Shown piece by piece: positions 1 through 11,080 of a stretch of 64,000 nucleotides of DNA. The stretch comes from Podarcis muralis (Eukaryota), in NCBI RefSeq assembly GCF_964188315.1, contig NC_135668.1, positions 41,416,001-41,480,000 of the forward strand. The letters are read 5' to 3'. Every line of letters starts with the position of its first letter. Position 1 is the stretch's first letter. The translations under genes and the position numbers were made by a program. The notes beneath the pieces were generated by a model that was given only the letters and a program-made list of their open reading frames with translations, did no database searches and was not told the DNA's origin.

Positions 1-350
<350 letters not shown>

Positions 351-1006
351 TAAGATGGGGCTTGGGTCAGATCCAGAAAGTCTCTTCTTATTTTTCTCAT
401 AACGTGATGGTGGCCACCAACTTAGATTGCATCAAAAGGGAATTAAGGAAATACAATGGAAGGTAAGGTTTATCTACGGCTGCTAGTCATGAGGGATACA
501 TGCTAGCTCCAGGATCAGGCGGGGGGGGGGGGGATTGCCTCTGAATTGTCATTGTTTTGTGATTGTCAGTTTATTTACATACCATATTTTCCTCAAGCAA
601 ATCTCTGCTCAAAGCAGTTCACAAAGTCTAAATACAGTGATATGGTACCAATGCATAATAAGACATATAATATCACTGCAACATACTAAAAAATTGATAA
701 GCAGCAATTAACACTTCATTTTGCATATATAAATGTTTAAGTAAGCATGCAGCTGGAGAGTAATAGCAGACGATGAACACATTCTGCCTGTTGGTTTCTG
801 TGCTGCATCCTAGCGGGGGGGGAAGATATCAACAAAAGCATGTTCCGTATCTTCCATAGGCTCACACCTAAGGGGTCAAAGAAGGCAGTGACTCCTGTCC
901 GGGCTGCTGTAAGGATGGATTTATTTCAGGTCTGTGGCTTCACAGGCCTAACTATTCCGGCCTGTTTCCGCTGTCCTGCTTCTCTGAGACTGTTTGCATC
1001 CTCCTG

Positions 1007-1298
1007 GGTCACATTCACACCATACGTTTAAAGCAGTATGATACCACTTTAAAGAATCAAGACGTCCCGCAAAGAATCCTGGGAGTGCTAATTTGTTAAG
1101 GGTGCTGAGAGCTGTTAGGAGGCCCCAATCCCCCTCACAGTTAAGCCATTCTGAGAATCCTCCTTCTGTGAGGGGAGCAGGGGTCTGCGAAGAACCCTCA
1201 GCACCCTTAACAACCTGCAGCTCCCATAATTCCTTGGGGGAAGCCATGACCATCTAAAGCGGTATTGTACTGCTTTAAATGTGTGGTGCGGATGTGGC
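1007..1298. mobile_element. Palindromic MITE-like DNA-transposon derivative (superfamily unassigned)
   Basis: ~45-bp imperfect terminal inverted repeats (cacattcacaccatac..tttaaagcagtat) and inverted internal arms; related copies near 12440-12625, 13540-13785, 28545-28770. Confidence 0.7.
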
Positions 1299-2044
1299 AG
1301 AGGTTTCCTGTCCTTTCTCTTTTGGCTGAGGCAGCTGTATACCTCCCCTCCCATCAGGCAGGTGAATGGGAGGACACTGCCTAGCTCCTTCCAGAGCAGG
1401 AATCCAGGCAAGGATTCCTCAGAAGCCATTCCTTGTTTGCTGCTTGGTGGTAGGGGACCAGGGCCTCTTTAAAGGGCAAAGTGCTGGCGAATGAGCCCCT
1501 GCAACTCATTACAGCGTCCCAGAAGCATCTGGCTGGCCACCATAGGACAAAAAGATGCTGGACTAGAGGAGCCTTTGATCTGATGCATCATGACTGCTTC
1601 TTAGTACAACACAGGATGCAGTCCAAACAAAGTGAAAGCACCGTTAACTTTCCTTAATTTCAGCAGAAGAGCCTGTTAGAGTCCAGCGCTTTGATAATGA
1701 CCACAGAGATTCTACTGACTTGAGGAAGGAGTTCATTACTGGGGGAAAACATTGCCCTTCTATTATTTATTGTACTGGTGCAACTCAAGGTGCAAGGGGT
1801 GGCTTTAGGTACTGATTATACGAAGGAACCAATGCAGTGCTGTCATCTAAAATACAGGTATAGAAGGGGGACCTGTTGCAGTTTCAAGTGTTCCTCTTCA
1901 AGCAGACAGTCATGCCCTCTTCCAGGACGCTCCGTTCCTTTCCCACCCCCTTTTTCATTTCCATCTTCCCAAGGCTACATGCTAGTGATGGATGAGGCCA
2001 GAAGCACAAGGAGGCAGAGCAATGTGTGTATATTTTGCCTGTGT

Positions 2045-2158
2045 AGGGAAGTTTTTAGTGTTTGTTACGTCTTACTGTGTTTTCATTTGTTGGAAGCCGC
2101 CCAGAGTGGCTTGGGTAACCCAGTCAGATGGGTGGCATATAAATAATTTTATTATGAT
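2045..2158 (+). mobile_element. L2-clade LINE 3' tail
   Basis: gaagccgcccagagtggc...cagatgggtgg..ataaataa tail, same as 5790-5965 and 21530-21666. Confidence 0.7.
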
Positions 2159-2924
2159 AGTTTCTATGCACCCTGACACCACCACCCCTCTCTAAGGCAA
2201 GCAAGAGGCATTATCAGGGTTCCAGGACACATTTCACAACCAGGGAAGAAGAAAAAAGGAGCGAGACAAAGCAGGGGTGGTTCAAGATGTGGCCCAAGAG
2301 GATATGTGGCCTTGAGAGAGCCCCGAGAGCCAGACAGAGAGGTCTGAAGGGCCACATTTGGGAGCCTGAAGTCTGCACAGTTGGAATATCGTGGAGAAGG
2401 ATACATGATTTCAAGAGGCACACTGAGATTAGAGCAGATGTTTAGAGGAGCATTCGCAGTGTGAGCTTTTGAGTGTGCCTCTCCAAGACCTTACAGTTCA
2501 GAAACATTATGCTGCATGCGGAAAAATTGTTACAAAGCCTCTTAGCTTTCTTTTCTTTCTTTTTTCTTCCTTTTTTCAGCATTTTTTCGCTTTGCCACCA
2601 CTTGCATTACTTAAACTTACTTCTAATGCCAGATAAATGCTGTGAAACTGACAGAAAAATTAGGACATCTCTAAGAGCCATTTTTCTGATATTTTGTGAA
2701 CAATGCCAAGGCTGCCACACACAGAAAATCACTACGCACCTCTAGATTCAAAGAGCAGTGTAATGAGACCTGCCTTTTATGAAGGATAAATAATAGGGCA
2801 GAACTAAAGGATGGGGAGAGGGTAGCTCATTTTCCGTAAACTTCTTCAGCCACAGTGATTTCCCCACCCCACACCCCACCCCACCCAAGGATCATGTCAA
2901 AATGGGGCTGAATGCCTATTCAGC

Positions 2925-3065
2925 CTGCCTCTGAATGACAGTTGCTGGGATTCGCAAGTGGGGACAGTTCAGCTGTGCTCACGTCCAGCTTGTGGGCTTC
3001 TCACAGGCATCTGGTTGGCCAAGAACAGGATGCTGGACTAGATAAGCCCTTGGTCTGATCCAGCA
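2925..3065 (+). mobile_element. CR1-type LINE 3' tail fragment
   Basis: aacaggatgctggactagat..ccttggtctgatccagcagg; similar pieces at ~1515-1605, 3775-3925, 28790-28870, 35970-36200 (-), 44150-44210, 52470-52610. Confidence 0.6.
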
Positions 3066-3947
3066 GGTGCCTACAGTGAGAGCTCATGCCATCTGAATAA
3101 ATCAGGTAGAATTCGACTGCCTTGGCAAGCGAATTATATGATCAAAGCCATAATAAGCCAGACAGAAACAGCATGTTTAATATAACTGAATAATCGGGGT
3201 TGGCCACAGGGGGCTTGCAAGGGAGGGGGTCACCTCAAAATATAAAACTTAAGTCTCTGAGAACCATGAAGAGTGTCCAAGCAAGGGAGACGGAGCCTTA
3301 GCCAATTTACAACAGAAGATCAAACCGTTGCCTCCTTTCACAAAAGGAAGAGCTTAGATAATTGGCACGAGTTGCAAATTACACAGGCGACGTGGCAGGA
3401 ATTGTAGACACTAGTATGTCATTCCTGGCCCACAGACCCACTGGAACACACAGCATAGTTCTCCAAGTCTGAGAGGGCCTTCTTGAATGAAGGCATTTTG
3501 CCCTGGAGGTGGTATGTATGTTTTGGCAGAGTTCGGCGAGTCCCTTCCTGGCATTAACCCCAACCACCTCTATCCCAATTTCCATATGTGAATTTTGAGC
3601 TAGTTTCCTACAGGCAGTTTTAAGCACCTTTCATGTAGCACCGTGGACACTCAATGAAGCTGGATGTTAGAAAGTTCAGGACAAATGAAAAGAAAGCACT
3701 TACTTCTTCGCAGAGTGCAAAGTTAAACTATGGAGCTTGCTTCCACAGGAGGGCACCAAATTGGATGGCTTCAGAATCCCAATTGCTGGAAACCACAGGA
3801 GGGAAGAGTGCTCTCATGCTTGAATCCTGCTTGTTGGTTTCCCACAGGCAATTGTTCAGCCACTATGAGAACAGGATGCTGGACTAGATGGGCCCTTGGC
3901 CTGATTCAGCAGGCACTTGTTATGTCCATTCCAGTGATTGCTCTGTA

Positions 3948-4173
3948 CAGTGGTACCACGGGTTACATACGCTTCAGGTTACAGACTCCGCTAACCCAGA
4001 AACAGTACCTCGGGTTAAGAGCTTTGCTTCAGGATGAGAACAGAAATCGTGCTCCAGCAGCGCGGCAGCAGCAGGAGGCCGCATTAGCTAAAGTGGTGCT
4101 TCGGGTTAAGAACAGTTTCAGGTTAAGATCGGACCTCCGGAACGAATTAAGTACTTAACCCGAGGTACCACTG
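3948..4173 (+). mobile_element. Tc1/mariner (Tigger-like) MITE in XYLT1 intron
   Basis: TIRs cagtggtacc(a/t)cgggtta / taacccgaggtaccactg flanked by TA on both sides. Confidence 0.85.
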
Positions 4174-4271
4174 TACTGCTTTTAATGAAGGGGGCGTTCC
4201 TATTTTTGTATTGCTACACACTGTGCCAGTATTTCATTAGGAGGCGTGGTCTATGGGTACTTTTACGCAGA

Positions 4272-4580
4272 ATTATTTATTTATTTATTTCATAAAATTT
4301 ATACGCTGCTTGATTTGTCAAAGGGAACTCAAAGCAGTTTACAAAAAAAAAACAACGTAAAGCAGTAAAATTATCACCAAGAAAAGTTAACAACAGTAAT
4401 TTAAGACGTTCGAAAAATTAAGGTAGCAATAGATTAAAAACTCACGCCAACTTTCTAAACATCTGGGTAGCTTTGTCTAAACAAAAATGTTTTTAACATC
4501 CACTAGAAAGAGCACAGTGAAGGTGCCTGCCCGATATCAAGAGGCAGGGAGTTCCAAAGGGTGGGTGCCGCCACACTAAA
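4272..4580 (-). mobile_element. L2-clade LINE 3' fragment
   Basis: (ATTT)n tail and degenerate L2 ORF2 C-terminal sequence (gagttccaaagggtgggtgccgccacac). Confidence 0.55.
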
Positions 4581-4700
4581 CCACCAAATGGTTTTGAATG
4601 GCAGCCCTACGCAGAGCGTGCTAATGGTAGTTTTGATCTGAAGGTCAGACTGATGTGAAGCATCTCAACTTTGGATTTCGGTTTGTTGTTGTTTTTACAG

Positions 4701-5023
4701 AAGAAGCCACGAGGTTGCACGGCGGACCTCCAAAGAACGCCTACATGGAGCAGAGCTTCCAAGGCCTCAACCCGGTTCTGAACATTCCCATCGACGCTGC
4801 GCAGGTGGACCAAGCAAAGAAGAATGCAGCCCTTACGGGCAGCAAGCTGGAGAACTGGGTGGACAAACTGGTGGGAGGCATGTGGTCAGCTGTGGATATC
4901 TGCAGCACAGGCCCCACCTCCTGCCCAGTCATGCAGGCCTGTAGCCAGACATCTTGGAGTTCACTCAGCCCAGACCCAAAATCTGAGCTGGGGCCTGTTA
5001 AACCCGACGGCCGTTTGAGGTAG
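4701..5023 (+). CDS. XYLT1: Xylosyltransferase 1, last coding exon
   Basis: Acceptor tttttacag|AA completes the phase-1 codon; encodes [20 protein letters not shown]...[17 protein letters not shown], stop TAG 5021-5023. Confidence 0.96.
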
Positions 5024-5379
5024 CACAGGGTACACATCCCTCCACTGGCTTTTAAAAGGGAATTTAACATGGTTGCTCTTGTGACATGGGGGGGGGGGGA
5101 GGATTATCCACCTGCCCTTCTAAACTTGGGCTGGTTTCGAAGTGGATTAACTGCCAGGCATCCTTCAAGAAATCGTACAATTTAGTTTTCACGTAGTTCT
5201 TGGAAGTGGTACGGAGGGTCGACAGCTAATTTCATCGAATGGCTGTCATTTTAAGCTCCGGGAAGGTGTGGAGAGAAGGAAACCGGTTTTTAAAACATGC
5301 CTTAAGTTTTTAGCGCGGGTGCAGTATCAAGGCTACAGATTATTTAAAACCTCAGTCTGAGGTTTATTGGCTATTTTAT

Positions 5380-5459
<80 letters not shown>
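5380..5459. repeat. Compound (CA)n(GA)n microsatellite
   Basis: Directly visible. Confidence 0.98.
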
Positions 5460-5462
<3 letters not shown>

Positions 5463-5789
5463 GAAATGAGTAGCAAAATGGCAGCCGGTTGCAGATGCTG
5501 AAATTGCCATCGCTCCCCATGCCATCACTTCCCAAAGCATTCCCACAGCAGCCTAGCAAAAGTGTTGACATTATCACTATGCCAAGCAGTGTTTTCACTG
5601 GCAAGGACTTGGGGCTCCCCATCCCCCTTTTCTTATGTATGTAACTATGTATTTATTTATTTATTTCAGTCTGACACACACAAAGACCCCACAACTCTCT
5701 GATATTCACAAGAGTTCAATATTTGTCATAGCAGACTACAAAACACTTGCAGAGAGCCCCAATGGGAAGAAACCCCTTCCTCTACCGCA

Positions 5790-5965
5790 GCATTTTTAAG
5801 AAGTGGTTTCAGGTAGGGGAATAGCAGCTGTTTAGGGAAGTTTTTAATGTTTAATGCTGTATTGTGTTTTTAATATTCAGTTGGGAGCCTCCCCGAGTGG
5901 CTGGGGAAACCCAGCCAGACGGGTGGGGTATAAATAATAAATTATTATTAGTAGTATTATTATTA
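5790..5965 (+). mobile_element. L2-clade LINE 3' tail in XYLT1 3'UTR
   Basis: tttagggaagtttttaatg...gagtggctggggaaacccagccagacgggtggggtataaataataa plus (TTA)n tail. Confidence 0.75.
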
Positions 5966-6149
5966 TATAGTGATAACAGGGAAAGAGTTCAACTACTCCC
6001 ACCAGCCTGTGCTTAATCTTGAAGCTACAGGGACCTGGTGATGGATAAGGAGTCTCTCTGCCTCAGGCCCTCAAGAGCTGCTGCCGGTCAGAGCAGTCAC
6101 CCCTGGGCTTGGTTTAAGGCAGTTTCCAATATTCTGATTTTAGAAGGTT

Positions 6150-6400
6150 GCAGGAGGGAATCCTGGGTAGGGCGCAAGGCAGGAAGACCAGCAGTAGGTG
6201 GCGCCAGTGCAAGGCAGAGGCATCTCATTTCTAGTCTTGTCCCCATCTTCCTCCCTGATAAATTTCTACTGAGGGCAAGGAGAAGGAGGAAGGTGACAGC
6301 ACTGTGCCCCCCCCCCCCAAGAATGGTTGTCAGCAAGAAGACAGGCACATGGGCTTATGGGAATCAAGGCCGAGACTGGTGGGGCAATCACCCCAGTGGC
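6150..6400 (+). mobile_element. hAT-like MITE, CTCF-motif family copy
   Basis: Shares gacca.cagtaggtggcgc.ag...ccccatcttcctccctga core with 26477-26741 and 31111-31250. Confidence 0.6.
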
Positions 6401-6464
6401 TCAGTTTGGGACAAATGACTCTTTGGGGCTAGTGTTAAAAGCTGCTCTTCCATAGGATGGAGAG

Positions 6465-6480
6465 CAGCGCCCCCTGGAGT
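6465..6480 (-). promoter_or_regulatory. CTCF-like motif ACTCCAGGGGGCGCTG
   Basis: Matches core CCASYAGRKGGCRSY at most positions; motif match only. Confidence 0.45.
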
Positions 6481-7037
6481 GCATTTATGAGTTTTACCTG
6501 TGACATTTTAGCAGGTCTTGAGCACAGTTTTTCCACTTTTGGGAGCTGGTGGTATATCATTTGGTCCCCAGGCAGCCTAACACTGAGGAAAAAGTACAGA
6601 TTCTGTTAACATTCAAATAGCATTTTAGTCCAATTAATTTCTAGCTAAGCTCTTTGGCATAAGTTGTGCAATCTACATATACAAGTGGGTGTGTTTGTGT
6701 AAAAATAGCCAGTTAATGTATTTTTTCTAAAAAGGTTTCTTTCTCTTCTCTCCCCCCCCCCCCACATTTTGCGCCTGTGTAAAACTTTCAGGCCTACTCT
6801 AGTGTAATCCTGTGCATGCGTACCTGGGCGTAAGGGCACTTCCAGGCTGCCACTGTTTTGCTGTGGGATTCAGTCACATACTGGCAAGTTCAAGTTGTGC
6901 AGTTGTAATTGATCGGGAGGGTCCTGTGTGACAAACCAGCTTCCCTGTCCCACCCCAGACTGAACTTCCTTGAGATAAGGAAAGTGATGGCAAATTGCAT
7001 TGGAAAGTGTTGGCTTTTAAGACCACATCACCTAACC

Positions 7038-7370
7038 CAGGGGTCTGCAACCCGCGGCTCCGGAGCCGCATGTGGCTCTTTTACACCTTTGCCGTGGCTC
7101 CGGGGCGGATACTAGCGAGGGGAGGAGGCGCATTGGGCGCCCCGACACTCCCCACTGTGGTGGGCGCTGTACTTGCTGTGACGTCGCATGGGGACGGTGC
7201 GTGCGTTAGTCACGCACCGTCCCGACGTCACCTTCCCGCCCACTGTCAGATCGCGGCTCCGGAGATATATTTGTTTTAAATGTTGCAATGGTTTTGCGGC
7301 TCCCAGTTGTTTTTTTCCTTCGGAAACGGGTCCAAGTGGCTCTTTTTGTCTTAAAGATTGCAGACCCCTG
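7038..7370 (+). mobile_element. Young hAT (Charlie-like) MITE
   Basis: Perfect 13-bp TIR CAGGGGTCTGCAA/TTGCAGACCCCTG, perfect 8-bp TSD ACCTAACC (7030-7037, 7371-7378), CpG-rich. Confidence 0.93.
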
Positions 7371-9160
7371 ACCTAACCTATCTCACAAACAAAGCAGAAC
7401 AAATGTCCATTCAAACAGCCACCTCCTTGCAAACAAATGAGGTTGGATGGTCAGTAAACTGGTACCCTGGAAGCAGCCTCAATCCCAATTAGTTTAGTGG
7501 GGCTTCCTTCTGAGTAGACCTGCACAGACTTGCACTGTTCTGTAAGCTCACCTGTTGGGAGAGCCTGACGACAGAAGAAGCACGTCGCAAGAATCAGTTA
7601 AATTCCCTTTTAAAACAACTGCAATGGTGACCGTAAACAAAAAAAGAAACTTCTGAGTTTCCAGTGGCTTGCTAATGTTTTTCCTCTCACCATCCTGTTT
7701 GGTTTAAAGCTACTACCGTTCGCTTTGGACTTTGAAATTGCAGTGTCAGCTGTGCTGGCATGAAGGCAGAGCATTAAATGTTTAGAGCTGGCAGCAAAGG
7801 AGGCTACATAGGAGGGCGGTTTTAGGTATTTATTTGTATTTTTAGTCAATGACTAATTAGTAGGTGCTGCTTATGCAGCTTGGAGATTATCTTATCTTAC
7901 TAACGAAAGCTGCCTTTATTAAGAAAAGGCCTTTTTTTAAGAAAAACAAAACAAAACAAAAAGACATCTCATTTCTTCCCCCTTCCCTTTTCCTGCATTC
8001 TTGATTTCCACCCAAATAAGAATTCTGACTACAAAAAAAGAAAACCTAGATATTCCAATTGCTGATAAAAGAGGGGAGAGAGGATGTAACCCATTCCGTC
8101 AGAAATCGTCCAGTCAGAGGTAGCAGCTGCTCGTATCAGTGTACCCATCCATGTCTATCAGAATCCTAGAAAACCACAGTTCTATAGGTCCATGATCTCT
8201 GCCATTGTCCCTGCTGGCAAGGGCTGATGGGAGTTTGAGTCCAATAACATCTGGAGGGCCATGGATTTCCCTGTCCATGGCTTAGGTGCTTCTGTAAGAA
8301 GACCTTCTCTCCTGGAGAACCGTCCCAAGTCCTAGCAGAAGACCAGGAGCCCAACATTCTCATGCTGAAACAAGGAAAACCTAGATTTCCATCCAGCCTT
8401 GCGGGGCTTATTCATTCATCTGTGTTCATCACTCTCTGAGCTGCACCTAAGTGGTCTTCCTTGAAAACGACTGTGCTGAGTTGATGTGAGCCAATGGCGT
8501 TTGATGTTTGGCAGGCATCTCCCATGCTTGGGTCATTGCTTCAGGTTGTGCTCACTGAGCGCCGAACGATGCATATGCAAATCTGCCCAAGCTGGGATTT
8601 TGTCCCTCAATCTCCTTGAGCGTCTCAGGTCAAGGCAGCTTCCTAAATCTATGGCGCAGATCACTCAGCATGCAGCACTCCCCACAGTTGCTCCCAGTAG
8701 ACTGTGATGCATCTTGAGCTGGACTCCCTGGTTATGTGGACTGTGGAAACAGATCCACCGCCTGGAGCTTCTAGCACACAGATGAAGCCCTACACCGGAA
8801 TTCCCAAAAGCTTCATCTGTAGGCTGAATGGATGGGAAAGTAACTGCTGAGTCCACCAGGTTCGGCTTGCCTGCAACATCCGCTCATTCTTAGCACATCA
8901 GCACCCTGTGGATGCAACTCTTTGCACATTGGCAGAAGAATGAGATCTGCGGCTCAACGGGCACATAACCGTGTGCAGGATCTGAGCCACATTCTTTAGA
9001 CCATTCTGGGCGCTCCACTTTCACTCCACCTACCCAACAGCTCTTGTGCTACAACACCTCCATGCGGAATGTAACAGGTTTGAACTCATGCAAGGAATCT
9101 TTGCGGTTGTTCAAGAGCTTCCAGGGAGCACAAAACCCCAAGATACCACTGAGCAGCTTA

Positions 9161-9354
9161 GGGAGGGCTTAGCTCAGCTGTAGATCCTCTGCTTTGCACG
9201 CAGAGGGTCCCAGGTTCAGTGCTTGGCATCTTCAGGTAAAGCTGGGAGTGAAACCTCTCTGAAACCCTGGACAGCCACTGCCAGTCAGTGTAGACAATGC
9301 TGAGCTCGATGGACCAGTGGTCTAACTCAATATAAGACAGCTTCCTATGTTCCT
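9161..9354 (+). mobile_element. tRNA-derived SINE (Squam3-type)
   Basis: tRNA-like head (agctcagctgtagatcctctgctttgcacgcagagggtcccaggttca) plus gaaaccctggacagccactgccagtcagtgtagacaat body; reverse fragments at ~25100-25215 and ~49400-49480. Confidence 0.75.
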
Positions 9355-9835
9355 TTCATTAGGCAGCTGTAAGAGTCCTTATGTAATGCAAAATATTCTT
9401 TACTCTCCTCCTTCTCCCCCTCCCCTGATTCCTGATGCTTCAGAGGTGGCCCTTTGCACTTCATTCCGAAGCATTAAATATATATGTATGTCTTTTCCAG
9501 CTTAGTATCACGGTAGCAGTTTATGTCATCTGTTTTTCTTGACAAATTCAGAATCTGTTAATCAGGCATGGTGGGGAGAACTGTGGCCCTCCAGATATTG
9601 CTGGACTACAATTCCCATCATCCTGCAGGGGGGGCTCCATCCTTGCAGTTTCCTCCCCCAAAACACCTGTTTTCATTCTCTCACTTTCCTGCCCAATTGC
9701 TTCTGCCTTGGTTACCTTCTTTTGCTACCAAAGGTACTACCTCACTAATACTTTGAAACGTGTTTACCTAATGAAAACAAGAAAAGAGGGTTTGGGGAAA
9801 GTGGGGGGAAATAGCTGAATGTACAATCTATGCAA

Positions 9836-9882
9836 ATTCTTTCTTTCTTTCTTTCTTTCTTTCTCTCTCTCTCTCTCTCTCT
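9836..9882. repeat. (TTTC)n(TC)n microsatellite
   Basis: Directly visible. Confidence 0.95.
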
Positions 9883-10480
9883 ATTTTAGTAATTTAAAAT
9901 AAAAAAAGACAAAGAAAGAAAACTTATAAGTATTAGAACTTGCCAAATAAACAGCAAGATACTGTACAGGTGCCTCTGATAGCAGAGCGATCTTCTACCC
10001 GGCACAGTTCATTGTGCCGTATTTGTATATTATAAAAAAAAAGAGTTGTCTTTTGGTTCCGTTTATGATTAGAATCACCCTTGATGGAAGGAGGTGGTTG
10101 GCGTTGCTTTGTTAAAGAACAGCACCTTCAGATTTGCTGGGGAAATATGCCGGACGAAGAAATGGAGCGTGCTTTGTAGGGTTTTCTTTTTTTATGTTGG
10201 TTGCCATTAACAAACAGCGATGGCAACAGCAAAAAAGTGTGGGGCACTGGCTCCTTTTTAAAAAAAGCTTGGGAGGCTGTTGGTTGAGAGATTTCCCTAT
10301 GGGTAAATCAGGTTATCTGGACTGTTTCCAACTCAGTGTTCATGCCATGGCATCCTATGAGTTGCCCCTTTTAGAGAAGCCTTAAGTTCTTTCATCTTTT
10401 TTTCAATGTGGCCTTAAAACTGTGTGTGTGTGGAAATTTTAGCTGTTGTATATTCTTTCTCTCTTGACTATTGTCAACGT

Positions 10481-10486
10481 ATTAAA
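10481..10486 (+). terminator. Candidate distal polyadenylation signal (ATTAAA) of XYLT1
   Basis: ATTAAA followed by a GT/T-rich tract (gactgtggcctttttttt). Confidence 0.45.
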
Positions 10487-10824
10487 AAACAAAAGCACCT
10501 TGAGATGACTGTGGCCTTTTTTTTCCCCTCACCCTCCTGCTGCTGCTGTACAACTGTCACTTTTTACACACTGCGCAAGTCCACGAAAGGACATGTTTAC
10601 AACTGCAAGATCCTGGGGGAGGATGGGACAAGGCAACATTATCCTTTTGCAGAAAAGATCAGCAGTATCCATTTTTGCAGAAAGAAAGGAGGCTTTGCAA
10701 ATATCGGCAGTTTTCCTTTTGCAACACGTTGATGGTAAGACACAAGGATCTCTCTCACCAATGGGGAATGTGCCTTGGAAGAATTACCCCTGGGTTTTTA
10801 CACCCATGAAAATCTATTCCGCAC

Positions 10825-11080
10825 ACCTATCTGAGTGCAGAGAAAGGTGACCAAGAAGATAAAGGGTCTGGACACCAAGCCTTATGAGGAATGGTTGAGG
10901 GAGTTGGGTATGCTTAGTCTGGATAAGAGGAGGCGGCGAGGTGATATGATCGCCAAATATCTGAAGGGCTGTTGCATGAAGATGGAGCAAGCTTGTTTTC
11001 TTCTGCACTGGAGGGTAGGACCCGAACCAATGGATTCAAGTTACAAGAAAGGAGATTAACAGAATCATAGAGCTGTAGAG
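10825..11080 (+). mobile_element. CR1 LINE ORF2 C-terminal fragment
   Basis: QRKVTKKIKGLDTKPYEEWLRELGMLSLDKRRRRGDMI is typical CR1 ORF2 C-terminal sequence. Confidence 0.85.

Larger units (their letters stand above)
5024..10500 (+). other. XYLT1: Probable long 3'UTR of XYLT1 (end inferred)
   Basis: Follows the stop; U-rich UTR-like blocks at ~9950-10500; PAS candidates AATAAA 9898, 9946 and ATTAAA 10481. End not provable without RNA data. Confidence 0.5.

Noticed and set aside
3730-4158. 142-aa ORF in XYLT1 intron
   Set aside because: Read-through of a CR1 tail and a Tigger-like MITE.
9161-9230. tRNA-like sequence
   Set aside because: Degenerate head of a SINE with attached body, not a tRNA gene.
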